Shown here piece by piece: positions 38,509 through 48,706 of a DNA stretch of 64,000 nt (position 1 is its first letter; every line of letters starts with the position of its first letter). Below the pieces are notes generated by a model. That model saw only the letters and a program-made list of their open reading frames with translations, had not been told where the DNA came from and made no database searches. Origin of the DNA: an uncultured Candidatus Entotheonella sp. (GTDB lineage: Bacteria; Tectomicrobia; Entotheonellia; Entotheonellales; Entotheonellaceae); NCBI GenBank assembly GCA_965217185.1, contig OZ244252.1, positions 1,408,001 to 1,472,000 of the forward strand, given 5' to 3'. The translations under genes were made by a program, and so were the position numbers.

Positions 38509-39615
38509 GTGACCAGACCTCTCAGCCTGTTGCCTCAGTCCGTTTTATCCAGGCGCCACTTTCTGGCTGCCGGGGTTCTGGGAACCGCGGGGCTTCTGCT
38601 CCCAGGCGCGGCAGTATTGGCAGAGCCGCGCTCATCCGCGCCCAGCCTGCTGCGGTCGCTGCCAATCATGGGCACGGCGGTTGAATGTCAGGCGTTTCAT
38701 GCCCTCCCGGAACGAGCGAGGCAAGCGGTCGGGGCCGCCTTTGCTGCAGTTGAGCAAGTTGACCATGACATGAGTCTGTATCGGCCGGAGAGCGACATCG
38801 GCCGCTTGAATCGACTGGCTGCACCGCGGGAAATGCCTATCCGCGAAAGTACCACCGCGGTGCTCCGGGAATCCTTGAGTATCGGCCAGGTGAGCCGGGG
38901 TGCGCTTGATGTCAGCATCACACCTCTGCTGGCCCGGTGGGGCTTCTATAGCGTCCGGCAGGAAGCCCCCGGCCCAAAGCACCTGGAGGCTGCCCTGGCC
39001 TTGGTTGACTATCGGCAAGTGCAACTGGACGACGCCAACGGCACGGTGCGCCTGGCTCGACCCGGCATGCAACTCGACTTCGGCGGTATTGCCAAGGGTT
39101 ACGCTGTTGACCAAGCCCTCGAAGCGCTCCGGCATTGCGGTGTCCGTCAGGGCATGGTCAACGCCGGCGGCGATCTTCGCCTGTTGGGTTCCCACCCGGA
39201 CGGTGACCCGTGGATCGTTGGGGTCCAGCACCCACTGGTGCCTGCCCGGTTGCTCCTGGCGTTGTCGCTTGATGGCGCCGCCGTCGCCACCTCCGGCAAC
39301 TACTTGTGCTACCGCGTATACAACGGCCGGCGCTATGGTCATCTGCTGCACCCGCAACGCGGCTACCCGGCAGACACGGCCCTCAGCATGACGGTGGTGG
39401 CGCCAATCGCCATGCGCGCCGACGCCTTGGCAACGGCGGCCCTGGTCATGGGACGCGACGGTTTGGCTTGGCTGCGCGGCCAACCGGGCGTCGAAGCCCT
39501 TATGGTAACCCGTTCCCCTTCCAACCCGGACCGACTACTGGTGCATGCCAGCAAGGGTCTGCGCGGCCGCCTGACCCTGTTCGACGGCACGGCAATCGTT
39601 GAGGCCGATTCGTGA
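38509..39615 (+). CDS. apbE: FAD:protein FMN transferase, Tat-exported
   Basis: SRRHFL Tat motif; MGT, DFGGIAKGYAVD, NAGGD, ATSGNY, HLLHP, ADALAT; GGAGG before GTG 38509. Confidence 0.9.
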   Translation: MTRPLSLLPQSVLSRRHFLAAGVLGTAGLLLPGAAVLAEPRSSAPSLLRSLPIMGTAVECQAFHALPERARQAVGAAFAAVEQVDHDMSLYRPESDIGRLNRLAAPREMPIRESTTAVLRESLSIGQVSRGALDVSITPLLARWGFYSVRQEAPGPKHLEAALALVDYRQVQLDDANGTVRLARPGMQLDFGGIAKGYAVDQALEALRHCGVRQGMVNAGGDLRLLGSHPDGDPWIVGVQHPLVPARLLLALSLDGAAVATSGNYLCYRVYNGRRYGHLLHPQRGYPADTALSMTVVAPIAMRADALATAALVMGRDGLAWLRGQPGVEALMVTRSPSNPDRLLVHASKGLRGRLTLFDGTAIVEADS

Positions 39616-39643
39616 TTCCGTTCGTCCCGTTAAGGAGGACTTC

Positions 39644-40894
39644 ATGCGGAAGAGATTCGTACGTGTACTAACCTTGGGGCTTGCCGCCTTGTTTTGCCTC
39701 GGGATTGCCGCATTCGCGCAGGACGACATTGAGCAGCGCATGCAGAGCCTCGAGGAGCGTCAGGGCATTTTGGCCACCGAGTTCGACCGGCTCAGGAGCC
39801 TGTTTGCCCTTCCTGAAGAGTCCGACTACAAGAGCGCCTACGGGTTGGGCCCGGCGGCCTCCAAGATATACGGGCGCGAGCGCGGCCTGTCGCTTGGCGG
39901 CTACGGTCAGACGTGGCTGCAGGTCTTTGACCACGCCCAGGACAAGTGGGATTATAAGCGTTTCATCCTGTACGCCGGCTACAAGTTCACCGAGAAATTG
40001 CTGCTGAATGTCGAAATTGAATTCGAGCACGCCAATGAAGTCTATGTGGAATTCGCCACCATCGACTACCTCTACAGGCCCGAGGCCAATTTCCGTTTCG
40101 GCATGCTCTTGATGCCGGTCGGCTTCCTTAACGAGATCCACGAGCCCCCGTATTACTACGGTAACGAGCGGCCCGTCGTGGAACTGACCATCATCCCCAG
40201 CACGTGGCGTGAGAACGGTGCCGGTTTTTTCGGCGAATTCGCCGGCGGTGCCGTGCAATACCGTCTTTACACCACCACCAACCTCCGCGCCGATAAATTT
40301 TCAGAGAGTGGTGTCCGCGGCGGCCGGCAAAAGGGCAGCAAAGCCCTGGCCGACATGAGCATCGTTGCCCGTGTCGATGCGACGCCGATGAATGGCTTGT
40401 TGGTTGGGGGTTCCGTGGTAATGGGCGACACCGGTCAGGGCATACAGTTCGGCGACAGCAAGCCATCCGTGACCATGACCATGTGGGAGGTGCACGGGCA
40501 ATACCAGTACCGCGGTCTGCAACTCCGTGCCCTCTACGTTCGGAACACAATTGACGACACAAAAATCATCAGCGACGCGCTTCGGAAGGCTATCAGCGAG
40601 ACCCAGTGGGGTTGGTACGGCGAAATCGGCTATGATATTTTGCCTCTGATGAAACCCGATACCCGTATGGGTCTGGTGCCGTTCGTGCGTTACGAGCGCT
40701 TCAACACGCAGGAGGACGTGCCGGCAGGCTTTATTGCCGACGACACCAAGGACCGAACGGTGGTCACCGCGGGCATCAATTTTCTCCCGCACCCAAACGT
40801 TGTGTTCAAGATTGACTACCGCCAATTCGACTCGAAGGGCGGCGACTTGCCGGAGTTGAACGACCTCAACATCGGTGTCGGCTTCGCCTTCTAA
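39644..40894 (+). CDS. outer-membrane beta-barrel (porin-like)
   Basis: Signal peptide, short coiled coil, alternating beta strands (EIEFEH, HEPP.YYG.ERP, VVFKIDY), C-terminal Phe. Confidence 0.72.
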   Translation: MRKRFVRVLTLGLAALFCLGIAAFAQDDIEQRMQSLEERQGILATEFDRLRSLFALPEESDYKSAYGLGPAASKIYGRERGLSLGGYGQTWLQVFDHAQDKWDYKRFILYAGYKFTEKLLLNVEIEFEHANEVYVEFATIDYLYRPEANFRFGMLLMPVGFLNEIHEPPYYYGNERPVVELTIIPSTWRENGAGFFGEFAGGAVQYRLYTTTNLRADKFSESGVRGGRQKGSKALADMSIVARVDATPMNGLLVGGSVVMGDTGQGIQFGDSKPSVTMTMWEVHGQYQYRGLQLRALYVRNTIDDTKIISDALRKAISETQWGWYGEIGYDILPLMKPDTRMGLVPFVRYERFNTQEDVPAGFIADDTKDRTVVTAGINFLPHPNVVFKIDYRQFDSKGGDLPELNDLNIGVGFAF

Positions 40895-40945
40895 ACCCCG
40901 TGCAGGTCGGATGTACCGCGTGGCCCGACGTCCAGCGAAGCGCTG

Positions 40946-40980
40946 GGAATGTCGGATCACGGATCGCTAATCCGACCTAC
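40946..40980 (-). repeat. GTAG-type REP-like palindrome, copy 1
   Basis: Reverse complement GTAGGTCGGATTAGCGATCCGTGATCCGACATTCC; near-identical to the copy at 51469. Confidence 0.7.
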
Positions 40981-40998
40981 TTTTTTTAGGAATGGTTG

Positions 40999-41568
40999 AT
41001 GCAGCAGCGGCTGGGACGGACCACGGTTTTGTTCGCGCTGGCAGGCCTTCTGTGGTTGTTGCCAGGTGTTTTCCGTCCGGCTGAGGCGGTGGTTCTCTAT
41101 GCCAAAAACGAGGCCCTGAGGCTCATCTTTCCAGAGGCGGACAGCATTGAGCCCGAGGCGGTTTTCCTGAACGCTGAGCAAGTTGCCCGCATCGAAAAGC
41201 TGGCGCGCAGCCAACTGGAATCCCCCCTTTTGACCGTACACGTCGGGCGCAAGGGTGACCAGACCCTCGGCTACGCGTTCCTCGACATTCACACCGTTCG
41301 CACCCAGCCCGAGGCCATCTTTGTGGTACTGACGCCGCAGGGCGCGGTTGATTCCGTGCTCATCGTCGCCTTCCACGAACCGCAGGAATACATGCCTAGC
41401 GAGCGTTGGCAGGCGCAGTTCCCTGGCGAAACCCTGACGCCCGACCTGCAAGTGAGGCGCGGCATCGCCCCGATCAGTGGTGCAACCCTGAGCGCCCACG
41501 CCATGACCGACGCGGTGCGGCGCGCCTTGGCCGTGTACCAGGTGGCCCTGCAAAAGGACCGGCCCTAG
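40999..41568 (+). CDS. exported FMN-binding (flavinylated) domain protein
   Basis: Signal peptide; F.EPQEY.P...W..QF.G; ISGATLS fits the [S/T]GA[S/T] ApbE target motif. Confidence 0.8.
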   Translation: MQQRLGRTTVLFALAGLLWLLPGVFRPAEAVVLYAKNEALRLIFPEADSIEPEAVFLNAEQVARIEKLARSQLESPLLTVHVGRKGDQTLGYAFLDIHTVRTQPEAIFVVLTPQGAVDSVLIVAFHEPQEYMPSERWQAQFPGETLTPDLQVRRGIAPISGATLSAHAMTDAVRRALAVYQVALQKDRP

Positions 41569-41569
41569 A

Positions 41570-42070
41570 ATGCGCTTCGTCATCACTGGCGAATGGCGCC
41601 GCAACAGCCTTTTACGCCTGATTATCGCGCTGTTCCTGCTTTACACCGCCGGCCTGTGGGTCACCAACGCCCTCCTCTATTTCAACAAAATGAAGCTCAC
41701 GCCGACGTCGGTGGTGGAATACTACCGCGGCTCGGAGGAGCGCTTTACACGTCCGCGCACCTACCAGGGCCTCCTCGAGATTTCCCACTTCCACCTGTTC
41801 GCGATGGGCATTCTCATCCTGACCTTGACACACCTGGTGCTGTTCGTTCCCCTGTCCGTACGCCTGAAATTCTGGCTGCTGCTCGTCTCCTTTGGTACCG
41901 CCGTTGCCAACGAGGGGGGCGGCTGGCTGGTGCGCTATGTGCACCCCGCCTTTGCCTATTGGAAAATTGCCTCGTTCCTGGCCTTCCAGATTTCCCTCGC
42001 CGTGCTGATCATCGCCGTTCTGGTCGCCACTTTCGGACGGACGCGCAACGCCTATACTGACGACGTGTAA
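41570..42070 (+). CDS. small multi-pass membrane protein with His residues
   Basis: About four hydrophobic segments; HFHLFAM and LTHL; starts 1 nt after the upstream stop. Confidence 0.7.
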   Translation: MRFVITGEWRRNSLLRLIIALFLLYTAGLWVTNALLYFNKMKLTPTSVVEYYRGSEERFTRPRTYQGLLEISHFHLFAMGILILTLTHLVLFVPLSVRLKFWLLLVSFGTAVANEGGGWLVRYVHPAFAYWKIASFLAFQISLAVLIIAVLVATFGRTRNAYTDDV

Positions 42071-42212
42071 CGGCGGGATTACACGGGACGGATCAGCGTA
42101 ATATGATTTCCCCACATTGCGTTGGGCAGGGTAATGGGCTCTGGCACGGGTCGGGATGTCGGGTTAAACCCACGTTGACCTGACCCGCAGAGATGTCATT
42201 AATTCCGCCGAC

Positions 42213-43298
42213 TCAACCGAGCCGGTACGGCTCCAGCTTCTCCCAGTCGAAATCGACGCTGTGGCCAGGGCGTTCCGGGGCGCGGGCCATGCCATTGACG
42301 ATGGGCAGCGGCACCTCCACGTAGGGCTCAACGCCAAAACCGTGGATTTCGAGGTAGTTGGCGTTGGGAATCGCGGCCAGAAGGTGGACGTGCAAGTCGT
42401 GGACGCCGTGCGAGGTGACGGGCAGGTTGTAGGCCTCGGCCATGTGTGCGACCTTCATCCACGGCGTGATGCCGCCGCAGTTGGTCACGTCGGGCTCGAC
42501 GAACGACACGGCGTTGGCTGCCATGAATTTCTGGAACTCGTAGATGGTGTGCAGGTTCTCGCCAGCGGCGACGGGCGTCAGGCCCTCGGCCACGATGCGG
42601 GCATGACCGGCGACGTCGTCGGGAATGGTGGGTTCTTCCAGCCAGTAGACGTCGTGCTCCGCCAGCGCCCGCGAGCGGCGAATGGCCTCCTCGGCTGACC
42701 ATTTCATGTTGGCGTCAACCATCAGGTGCACGTCCGGGCCGATTTCCTTGCGCACCGCCCCTACCCGCTCAATATCCTCCCGCAGCGTCTCCTTGCCAAC
42801 CCGCATTTTCACGGCGTGAAAGCCGTTGTCCACCAACTGGCGGTTCTGTTGGATCAATTCAGGTATGGAAAAGTTGAAATTGATGCTGCCGGCGTAGGCG
42901 TGCACGTCCGGGTTGTGACCGCCGAGCAAGCGCCAGAGCGGAACGCCGAGCTTGCGGGCTTTCAGGTCCCACAGGGCGATGTCGACGGCCGAAATGGCGA
43001 AGCTCGCCGAGCCGCCGCGTCCGGCGTAGTGCACGTGCCACCACATGTCTTTCCAGAGTGCTTCGATCAAGTCGGCGTCGCGGCCGTGCAGGAACGGCCC
43101 GAGTTCGCCCTCGATGAGCGCGGCGATGCCCTTGCCGCTGTTGAGCGCATAGGTATAGCCGACGCCTTCCACCCCGTCGCCGTCCCGCAGGCGCACGACG
43201 ACGAATTCGGAGTGGGTCATCACGCCGTGCATCGAATCCTGCATGGCAAAAGGCAAGGGAAGACGGTACAGAGAGGTTTCAACGTGTGTGATAGACAA
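42213..43298 (-). CDS. mandelate racemase/muconate lactonizing enzyme family protein
   Basis: SAVDIALWDL, KMRVG, DAN, WLEEP, GEN, EPD, SHG; TTG start inferred from GAGGAA RBS. Confidence 0.85.
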   Translation of the reverse strand: MSITHVETSLYRLPLPFAMQDSMHGVMTHSEFVVVRLRDGDGVEGVGYTYALNSGKGIAALIEGELGPFLHGRDADLIEALWKDMWWHVHYAGRGGSASFAISAVDIALWDLKARKLGVPLWRLLGGHNPDVHAYAGSINFNFSIPELIQQNRQLVDNGFHAVKMRVGKETLREDIERVGAVRKEIGPDVHLMVDANMKWSAEEAIRRSRALAEHDVYWLEEPTIPDDVAGHARIVAEGLTPVAAGENLHTIYEFQKFMAANAVSFVEPDVTNCGGITPWMKVAHMAEAYNLPVTSHGVHDLHVHLLAAIPNANYLEIHGFGVEPYVEVPLPIVNGMARAPERPGHSVDFDWEKLEPYRLG

Positions 43299-43537
43299 GG
43301 CGGTTTCCTCGACGATTGCGCGGCGGCGTGAGCCGTCCGGGATGCTGGATGGACCTGATCGCTCAGGGGTCGGACAGTGGTTGGAGTGGCATTGTAAAGC
43401 AGTCGCCCGGCGGTCGTCTACTGCGACGGGAACCTGTGAATTTCGCCGCGTTTGCCCGGTTGCCGCTGCTTCACAATGCTTTTTGGAGTGTGATATAAGC
43501 ACCAAGGTTTTCCGAACCTATCTAAGGATTCTCGGAT

Positions 43538-43939
43538 ATGCGTGCTCCCAACCGCAGGCGACCGCAGAGGCGCCAGATATATGTCCCGTCCGGTACCGAT
43601 CTGAACCACTTGGCCAATCTGGCGGTTTACGTGGGCAGTCCCGAGCACAAGGACTTTCCCAGCTTCGCCGGTCAGCCCCGCTTGCGGGCCGACGCCTCAC
43701 GCTGCCCGCGCGAGATATCGGACCGGGAATTGGTCAATCAATAGCTTCGTTCCGCCATTCGACGAGGCGCCGTGGGAGCCTATTGGGAAGGCGGCTTTTC
43801 ACGTTACGTCTGGTACAAAGACGGCGACAGTGTCTATGAAGGACGGCTCCTAAACAGCGGCAACGGTGAGTACAAGGGGTATCCGTTCGACAAAAGCGAA
43901 TGGCCAAACGGCATTGAGGAGTTGTATGCCGGCGCTTGA
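43538..43939 (+). pseudogene. small toxin-like/hypothetical gene with internal TAG
   Basis: Frame continues past TAG (43742-43744) as LRSAIRRGAVGAYWEGGFSRYVWYKDGDSVYEGRLLNSGNGEYKGYPFDKSEWPNGIEELYAGA*, overlapping the next start. Confidence 0.65.
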
Positions 43940-45248
43940 CTTCGAGATCGACTGGGTGGATGCGGAAGGCATCCGAGGCCCCGAGTTGTCCGCCACTTGG
44001 GCCGCTCTGCGCATCCGCGCCGATGAGTCGATTATCACCCGTGTTTTGGACGTGCGGGCCAAAACCGTCCGCGACTTCGTGTACGTGCCGCTGTATCCGC
44101 TGGCGGAGTGGCTGGCCACGAACTGGTGGTTTCTGAGTCACGAATTTGAAAACCCGGACAAAAGGACCGATACCGACTTCCGACGCCGCCATGACTTGGC
44201 GGCCGGCCGTGAGGGCTACGCCTACCCCGGCTTGGAGGTCGTTTCCTGCGGCACCTTTACCCGTCTTGCCTGGAGACGTGAGGGTTTGCCATGGACAAAG
44301 GTTACCTTCCTGGAACAGGGGCAAACCTGGGTCGACAGCAGCGGGTTCCGTGCGTCTTGCGCCAGCCTCATTGACCACGTTATCCGGCGCCTCGATGCTC
44401 TCGGCATTGAAGAAACGTTTCTGCAACAAGAGTGGGTCGCTATCCAAGGCGCGGACGAAGAAGAAACTGCATTCTGCGAGACTGCCGCAGGAATGGGCTG
44501 GGATCCGTACGCCTTGGATGATGGACGGCGCGAGTGGGTACTTTGGCTCGCTGCGAAATTTGGCGATGTGCTTGGTGAAGCCGTGCCGGCTATGTGCACC
44601 CCCCGATACTATGAGGATTGGCGCGACGTTGTGTTGACTATCGCGGAGGCCAGGAAGTTCAACCGACTTCCGCTTCGGCGTCTCCGATCCTTTGGCAGAG
44701 ATGTCATGCCAGACACTGGAAGAGGATCCTATCCTTGGGACACGGGATACGACGTTGCGCGGCGACTGAGGTGGAATCTGGGTGTAGGCCGTGGCGACCC
44801 CCTGCCTACCATGATGATATTGGCGCAGGCGCTTGAGGAAGACCCTGAATCAATGGACAGAGTGACGAAGAAGAATGTGGCACTCGGTTGGCCCGCTCTG
44901 GTCGACGCAGTAGTTGCCCAGGACGACGAAGGCCCCGCTTTCGCTTTTCGGCGGCCTGAAAAAGATGAAAAAGGCAGGCGCTTCCATTTTTGCCGCGCTC
45001 TCGCCGAGATATTGATATCTCCCGGCTCGGACACCTTACTCACGAAAGCACATTCCGAGCGCCAGAAACGCAATCGTGCCTTCGCAGCCGAGTTTTTGGC
45101 GCCGTCTGAGGGTTTGCAACAACGGGTACGCCGTAAATTGGTGGACAGCGACGACGTGAACGAGATGGCGGCGGAGTTCGGAGTTTCCTCGCGCCTGATC
45201 GAGCATCAGATCCGCAACCATCGGATCGCCGACATCTGGGATGGCTAG
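43926..45248 (+). CDS. ImmA/IrrE (DUF955)-like domain protein lacking HExxH
   Basis: N-term YPLAEWLATNWW; C-term RRFHFCRALAE...QKRNRAFAAEFLAP...AAEFGVS..LI.HQ; GAGGAG RBS. Confidence 0.72.
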   Translation: MPALDFEIDWVDAEGIRGPELSATWAALRIRADESIITRVLDVRAKTVRDFVYVPLYPLAEWLATNWWFLSHEFENPDKRTDTDFRRRHDLAAGREGYAYPGLEVVSCGTFTRLAWRREGLPWTKVTFLEQGQTWVDSSGFRASCASLIDHVIRRLDALGIEETFLQQEWVAIQGADEEETAFCETAAGMGWDPYALDDGRREWVLWLAAKFGDVLGEAVPAMCTPRYYEDWRDVVLTIAEARKFNRLPLRRLRSFGRDVMPDTGRGSYPWDTGYDVARRLRWNLGVGRGDPLPTMMILAQALEEDPESMDRVTKKNVALGWPALVDAVVAQDDEGPAFAFRRPEKDEKGRRFHFCRALAEILISPGSDTLLTKAHSERQKRNRAFAAEFLAPSEGLQQRVRRKLVDSDDVNEMAAEFGVSSRLIEHQIRNHRIADIWDG

Positions 45249-45283
45249 GAAGGCGTCCCAGCCAGACTAAGGAGGATTGCAGC

Positions 45284-46933
45284 ATGTACACCCTGGAGGT
45301 GTTGAATCCTGTCGCCCAACAAAGGGGCGTATTGACCACGAGGCCGATCAACCCGCGGCCCGCCAGCCTGGACCGCAAGACGGTGGGGCTGCTGTGGAGC
45401 GGCACGCATGGCGGCGACGTAGCGCTGAAACGCGTGGGCGAGTTGCTTCAGGACATGTTCACCGACGTGACCGTCAACTTCTACACCGGTGGCAACTACC
45501 CTGCCCCGCCGCCGATCGTCCGGCAGGCTGCCGAGGAGTGCGACGTGGTCGTCGGCGCCACCGCGGATTGAGGGACCTGCGCGTCGTGGATGTGCCACGA
45601 CATGATTGAGATCGAGAAGATGGGCAAGCCCGCCGTCCCTATCGTCTCGGGACGTTTTGAGAAAGACGCCGTCGCCAGCTCCCGCACCTTCGCCATGCCT
45701 GATCTGAAATTCGTTACCGTGCCTCGCATCTATCGCAACCTCGCCCTGGATGAATGCGTCAAGCAAACGGAACTGGCGATTGACAGCCTTGTCCACGCCC
45801 TTGTGAGCGGTGGGCAGGCGGCCGAGAACGGCGCCGCCGTCCACGATCCCGAGCGGCGCTATTCATACGACGCCGATGACCGCTACGCCGCCGTGCTGCG
45901 CATGAACGAGGATTTCCTGAGCCGCGACTGGGGCGATAGCCTGCCGTTCTACCCCGCCACCCGCCAGGCGGTCGATGCGTTGTTGCAAGGCACCTGCCTG
46001 CCGCCGGATCATCTGGTGTGCGACATGCCGCCCGGTTTTGGGCTCGCCACTGTGGAGAAGATCGCCATCAACGCGGCCATGGCCGGCGCCCTGCCGGCGC
46101 ACATGCCGGTCATCATTGCGGCGGTCAAGGCGTTGTCGGAGCTCGGCCCGCACGGCGGCAAGTCGCTGCTGATGTCCACCTCGCCGCACGCGCCGGTGCT
46201 GGTGGTGAACGGTCCCGTCGCCCAGGAGATCGGCCTCAATCCGAGGTCCGGGCTGGGGCCGGGCCGTGACAACCAGGTCAACATCACGATTGGCCGCGCC
46301 TTCTCCCTGTGCCTGCGCAACATCGGGCAGTGGTATCCCGGCCACATGGACATGGACACCATCGGCACGACGCGCAAATTCGTGCACTGTCTGGCCGAGA
46401 ATGAGGCCATGAGTCCGTGGGAGCCGTTCCACGTCGATAGGGGCTTTGGAAAGGAGGAGAGCGCCATCAGCATCTTCGTGACCGATGGCGAGTTGGACGT
46501 GCAGGATCAGGGCAACACCAGCGCCGAGGGGCTTCTCAAGACCATTGCTTACGGCTGCACCTTCGGCACCCGCAGCCTCGGCGAGCGGCACGACGCCGAA
46601 CGGCTCATTTTCATGCCGCCGGATGTTGCCCGGCCCGTAGGCGCACAGGGTTTCAGCAAGCGCGGCGCTAAGGAATTCATCCACCTCAACGCCAACGCCA
46701 GCCTGGGCAAGATGATCCAGTACATGCCCCTGGAGGGCGAAGCGCGTGTCGCCGCCAACTGGAAATGGCTGTTGAACCACAGCGAGCAGGAGCGTCTGAA
46801 CATGACCGTTCCGGTGCTTGAGAGCGCCGAGCGTTATTACGTTCTGGTCATCGGTGCGGACCGCGCCAAGACGCTGGTGATGCCCAGCGGTCCCAGCCCG
46901 GCAACTGTCGGTATCGACGCGTACCGGCCTTGA
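45284..46933 (+). CDS. UGSC-family selenoprotein (Sec at TGA 45569-45571), ~549 aa
   Basis: ORFs 45284-45571 and 45590-46933 are in one frame joined by GAT TGA GGG ACC TGC (D-U-G-T-C); hairpin just downstream; AAGGAGG RBS only before 45284. Confidence 0.85.
45572..45604 (+). promoter_or_regulatory. putative bacterial SECIS element
   Basis: Stem GTCGTGG (45583-89) / CCACGAC (45595-601), loop 17-18 nt after the UGA. Confidence 0.7.
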
Positions 46934-48706
46934 GGGTTAGGCATTTGTATTTTGGAGGGGCAGTAAACTCTTCGCGGTTGACTCGGCTGACCCAATGTTG
47001 ACTGTGAGGTAAAGGAATGGGGCAGTTCATTAGGAAGATATGGGGGTCATTCTGCCAGGATTTGGGTCACGTACCGTTCGAAGTCCTGCAAGGTGGTAAA
47101 TACTTTGAAGCCCGCGTTGCTCGCGGCTTTGAATGCTTCGGCGTTTTCGCCAATCAGAATGGCTACTGGTTGGCTATACCCTTCCTGCAGACCTTCTGGC
47201 CAAGCCAAATCCAGTACAGAAGAAGGTTCGCTGTCGCTTCCATTGTAAATCTCGTACGCAGCCTCCCCGGCGGAGAACCCGTTTTCCTCCACGAAACTGT
47301 TTGCCGCCTTCAGGATTTCTTCCTCATTCTCCGGGTCCACATTTGACAACTGGATCTGTGTGTCAATTGTCGGCGGTCGTATTCCCGATGTTGTTTCCGC
47401 TGGCGGCATCACACCATTTCTCAACTGTTCCAGGGTTTCGTTGGCCGCCTTAGCCAGAAGTTGGCGTCGTTCCTCCAAAAACTGAAAATAGTTTTCTACT
47501 TTCCACAACTCTGGATCCATCGGAATCCACTGTGACTCCAGCGCGCCAGGCCAATTTATGGACACCGACGGCATGTATTCGACTGGTGCAGTACTCCCGA
47601 TCGACCTGTTGGTTTCTCGGGTTTGGAAGGCGATATTGCCCATATTGTTGGCGTCGTTTGCAGCCACACCGTTTCGGCGCAGGTAGTCTTTAGGAAATAT
47701 ATGATGCAGTTCCAGGTTGGTATGGTCACCCAAACTGTGATGTCGCAGCTGATTTCCTGTGCCCCAATCTCGGGCGTCGTGAATGCGAGACAGGATATAC
47801 AGCAATGGGTAAAATCGAGCCTTAGTGTAGTTGCCAGCAAAATTATCGTGGGTGACTCTCCGGTCACCTTGACTCCTCCGCAAATTTCGCAATAGAGCTT
47901 CTATCGGCTCCGGCGTCGACAAGGCTCCAATATCCTGGTTGATAACAGTTTCGATCGGACCGGAGAAACGCCCCCATATTGCGACACTTACGTACCAGTG
48001 GAAAAGCCTCGCCATAGTACTTTGGTCTGAAAACCGACCCTCCCGTTCAACTAGGAATTTGACCATAATGGGAAACGCCTGCTTGCTGTTGTAAATCCTA
48101 TCAATGTCCATATGGAGATGACTACGCATGGCTTCCAGGAGGTGGTCGACCGCATTCTCGGTCTGCCGCAATGCCCCTTGAATTGGCGCCACACCCGTTT
48201 TTTCGGGCTCCAAGCGTTCAAACTCAGACGCTCCGACAAGGACTGCATTCATGCAACGCAACAGCCAATCAAGAGTTGCGTTAAATCCAGCCTGTTTCCA
48301 CTTGCCGAGTCTTTTTTGCATCTCGGAACGCGCCTCGGGCCAACTTGCGCCAATTCGGGCGAGGGTCAGGTCTCCTTTCGACAATTTTGTGCCGCCGGAA
48401 TTGACCCTGTTGAATATGTCAACAACTACGTCCGTGGTTTTGTCATCCCCTGTAACCTGCTGAATGGGCAGATCGACACTCTTGATCTGTCCGACTTTCA
48501 GGCCTCGTTGTAGGTAAGTGGCTTGTTTCTGCGAATAACTTGGGTTGCCAACCAAACGGCTTATCCAATCATTTTCTTCTGCGAAGAGGTCCGTGACACT
48601 CACCCAGAGCGGATCGCTGCTCATCTTGACAGGCGCGTAAAATTCAAATTCCTCGTGCTCTAAATTGAAGTAGAGACCAGAGAAGGCTTTCTTGTCACCA
48701 TCAAAG

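Noticed and set aside
43742..43744. Pyrrolysine or recoded TAG
   Set aside because: No pyl genes or methylamine methyltransferase context; TAG is a normal stop for other genes here; a TGG>TAG mutation is simpler.
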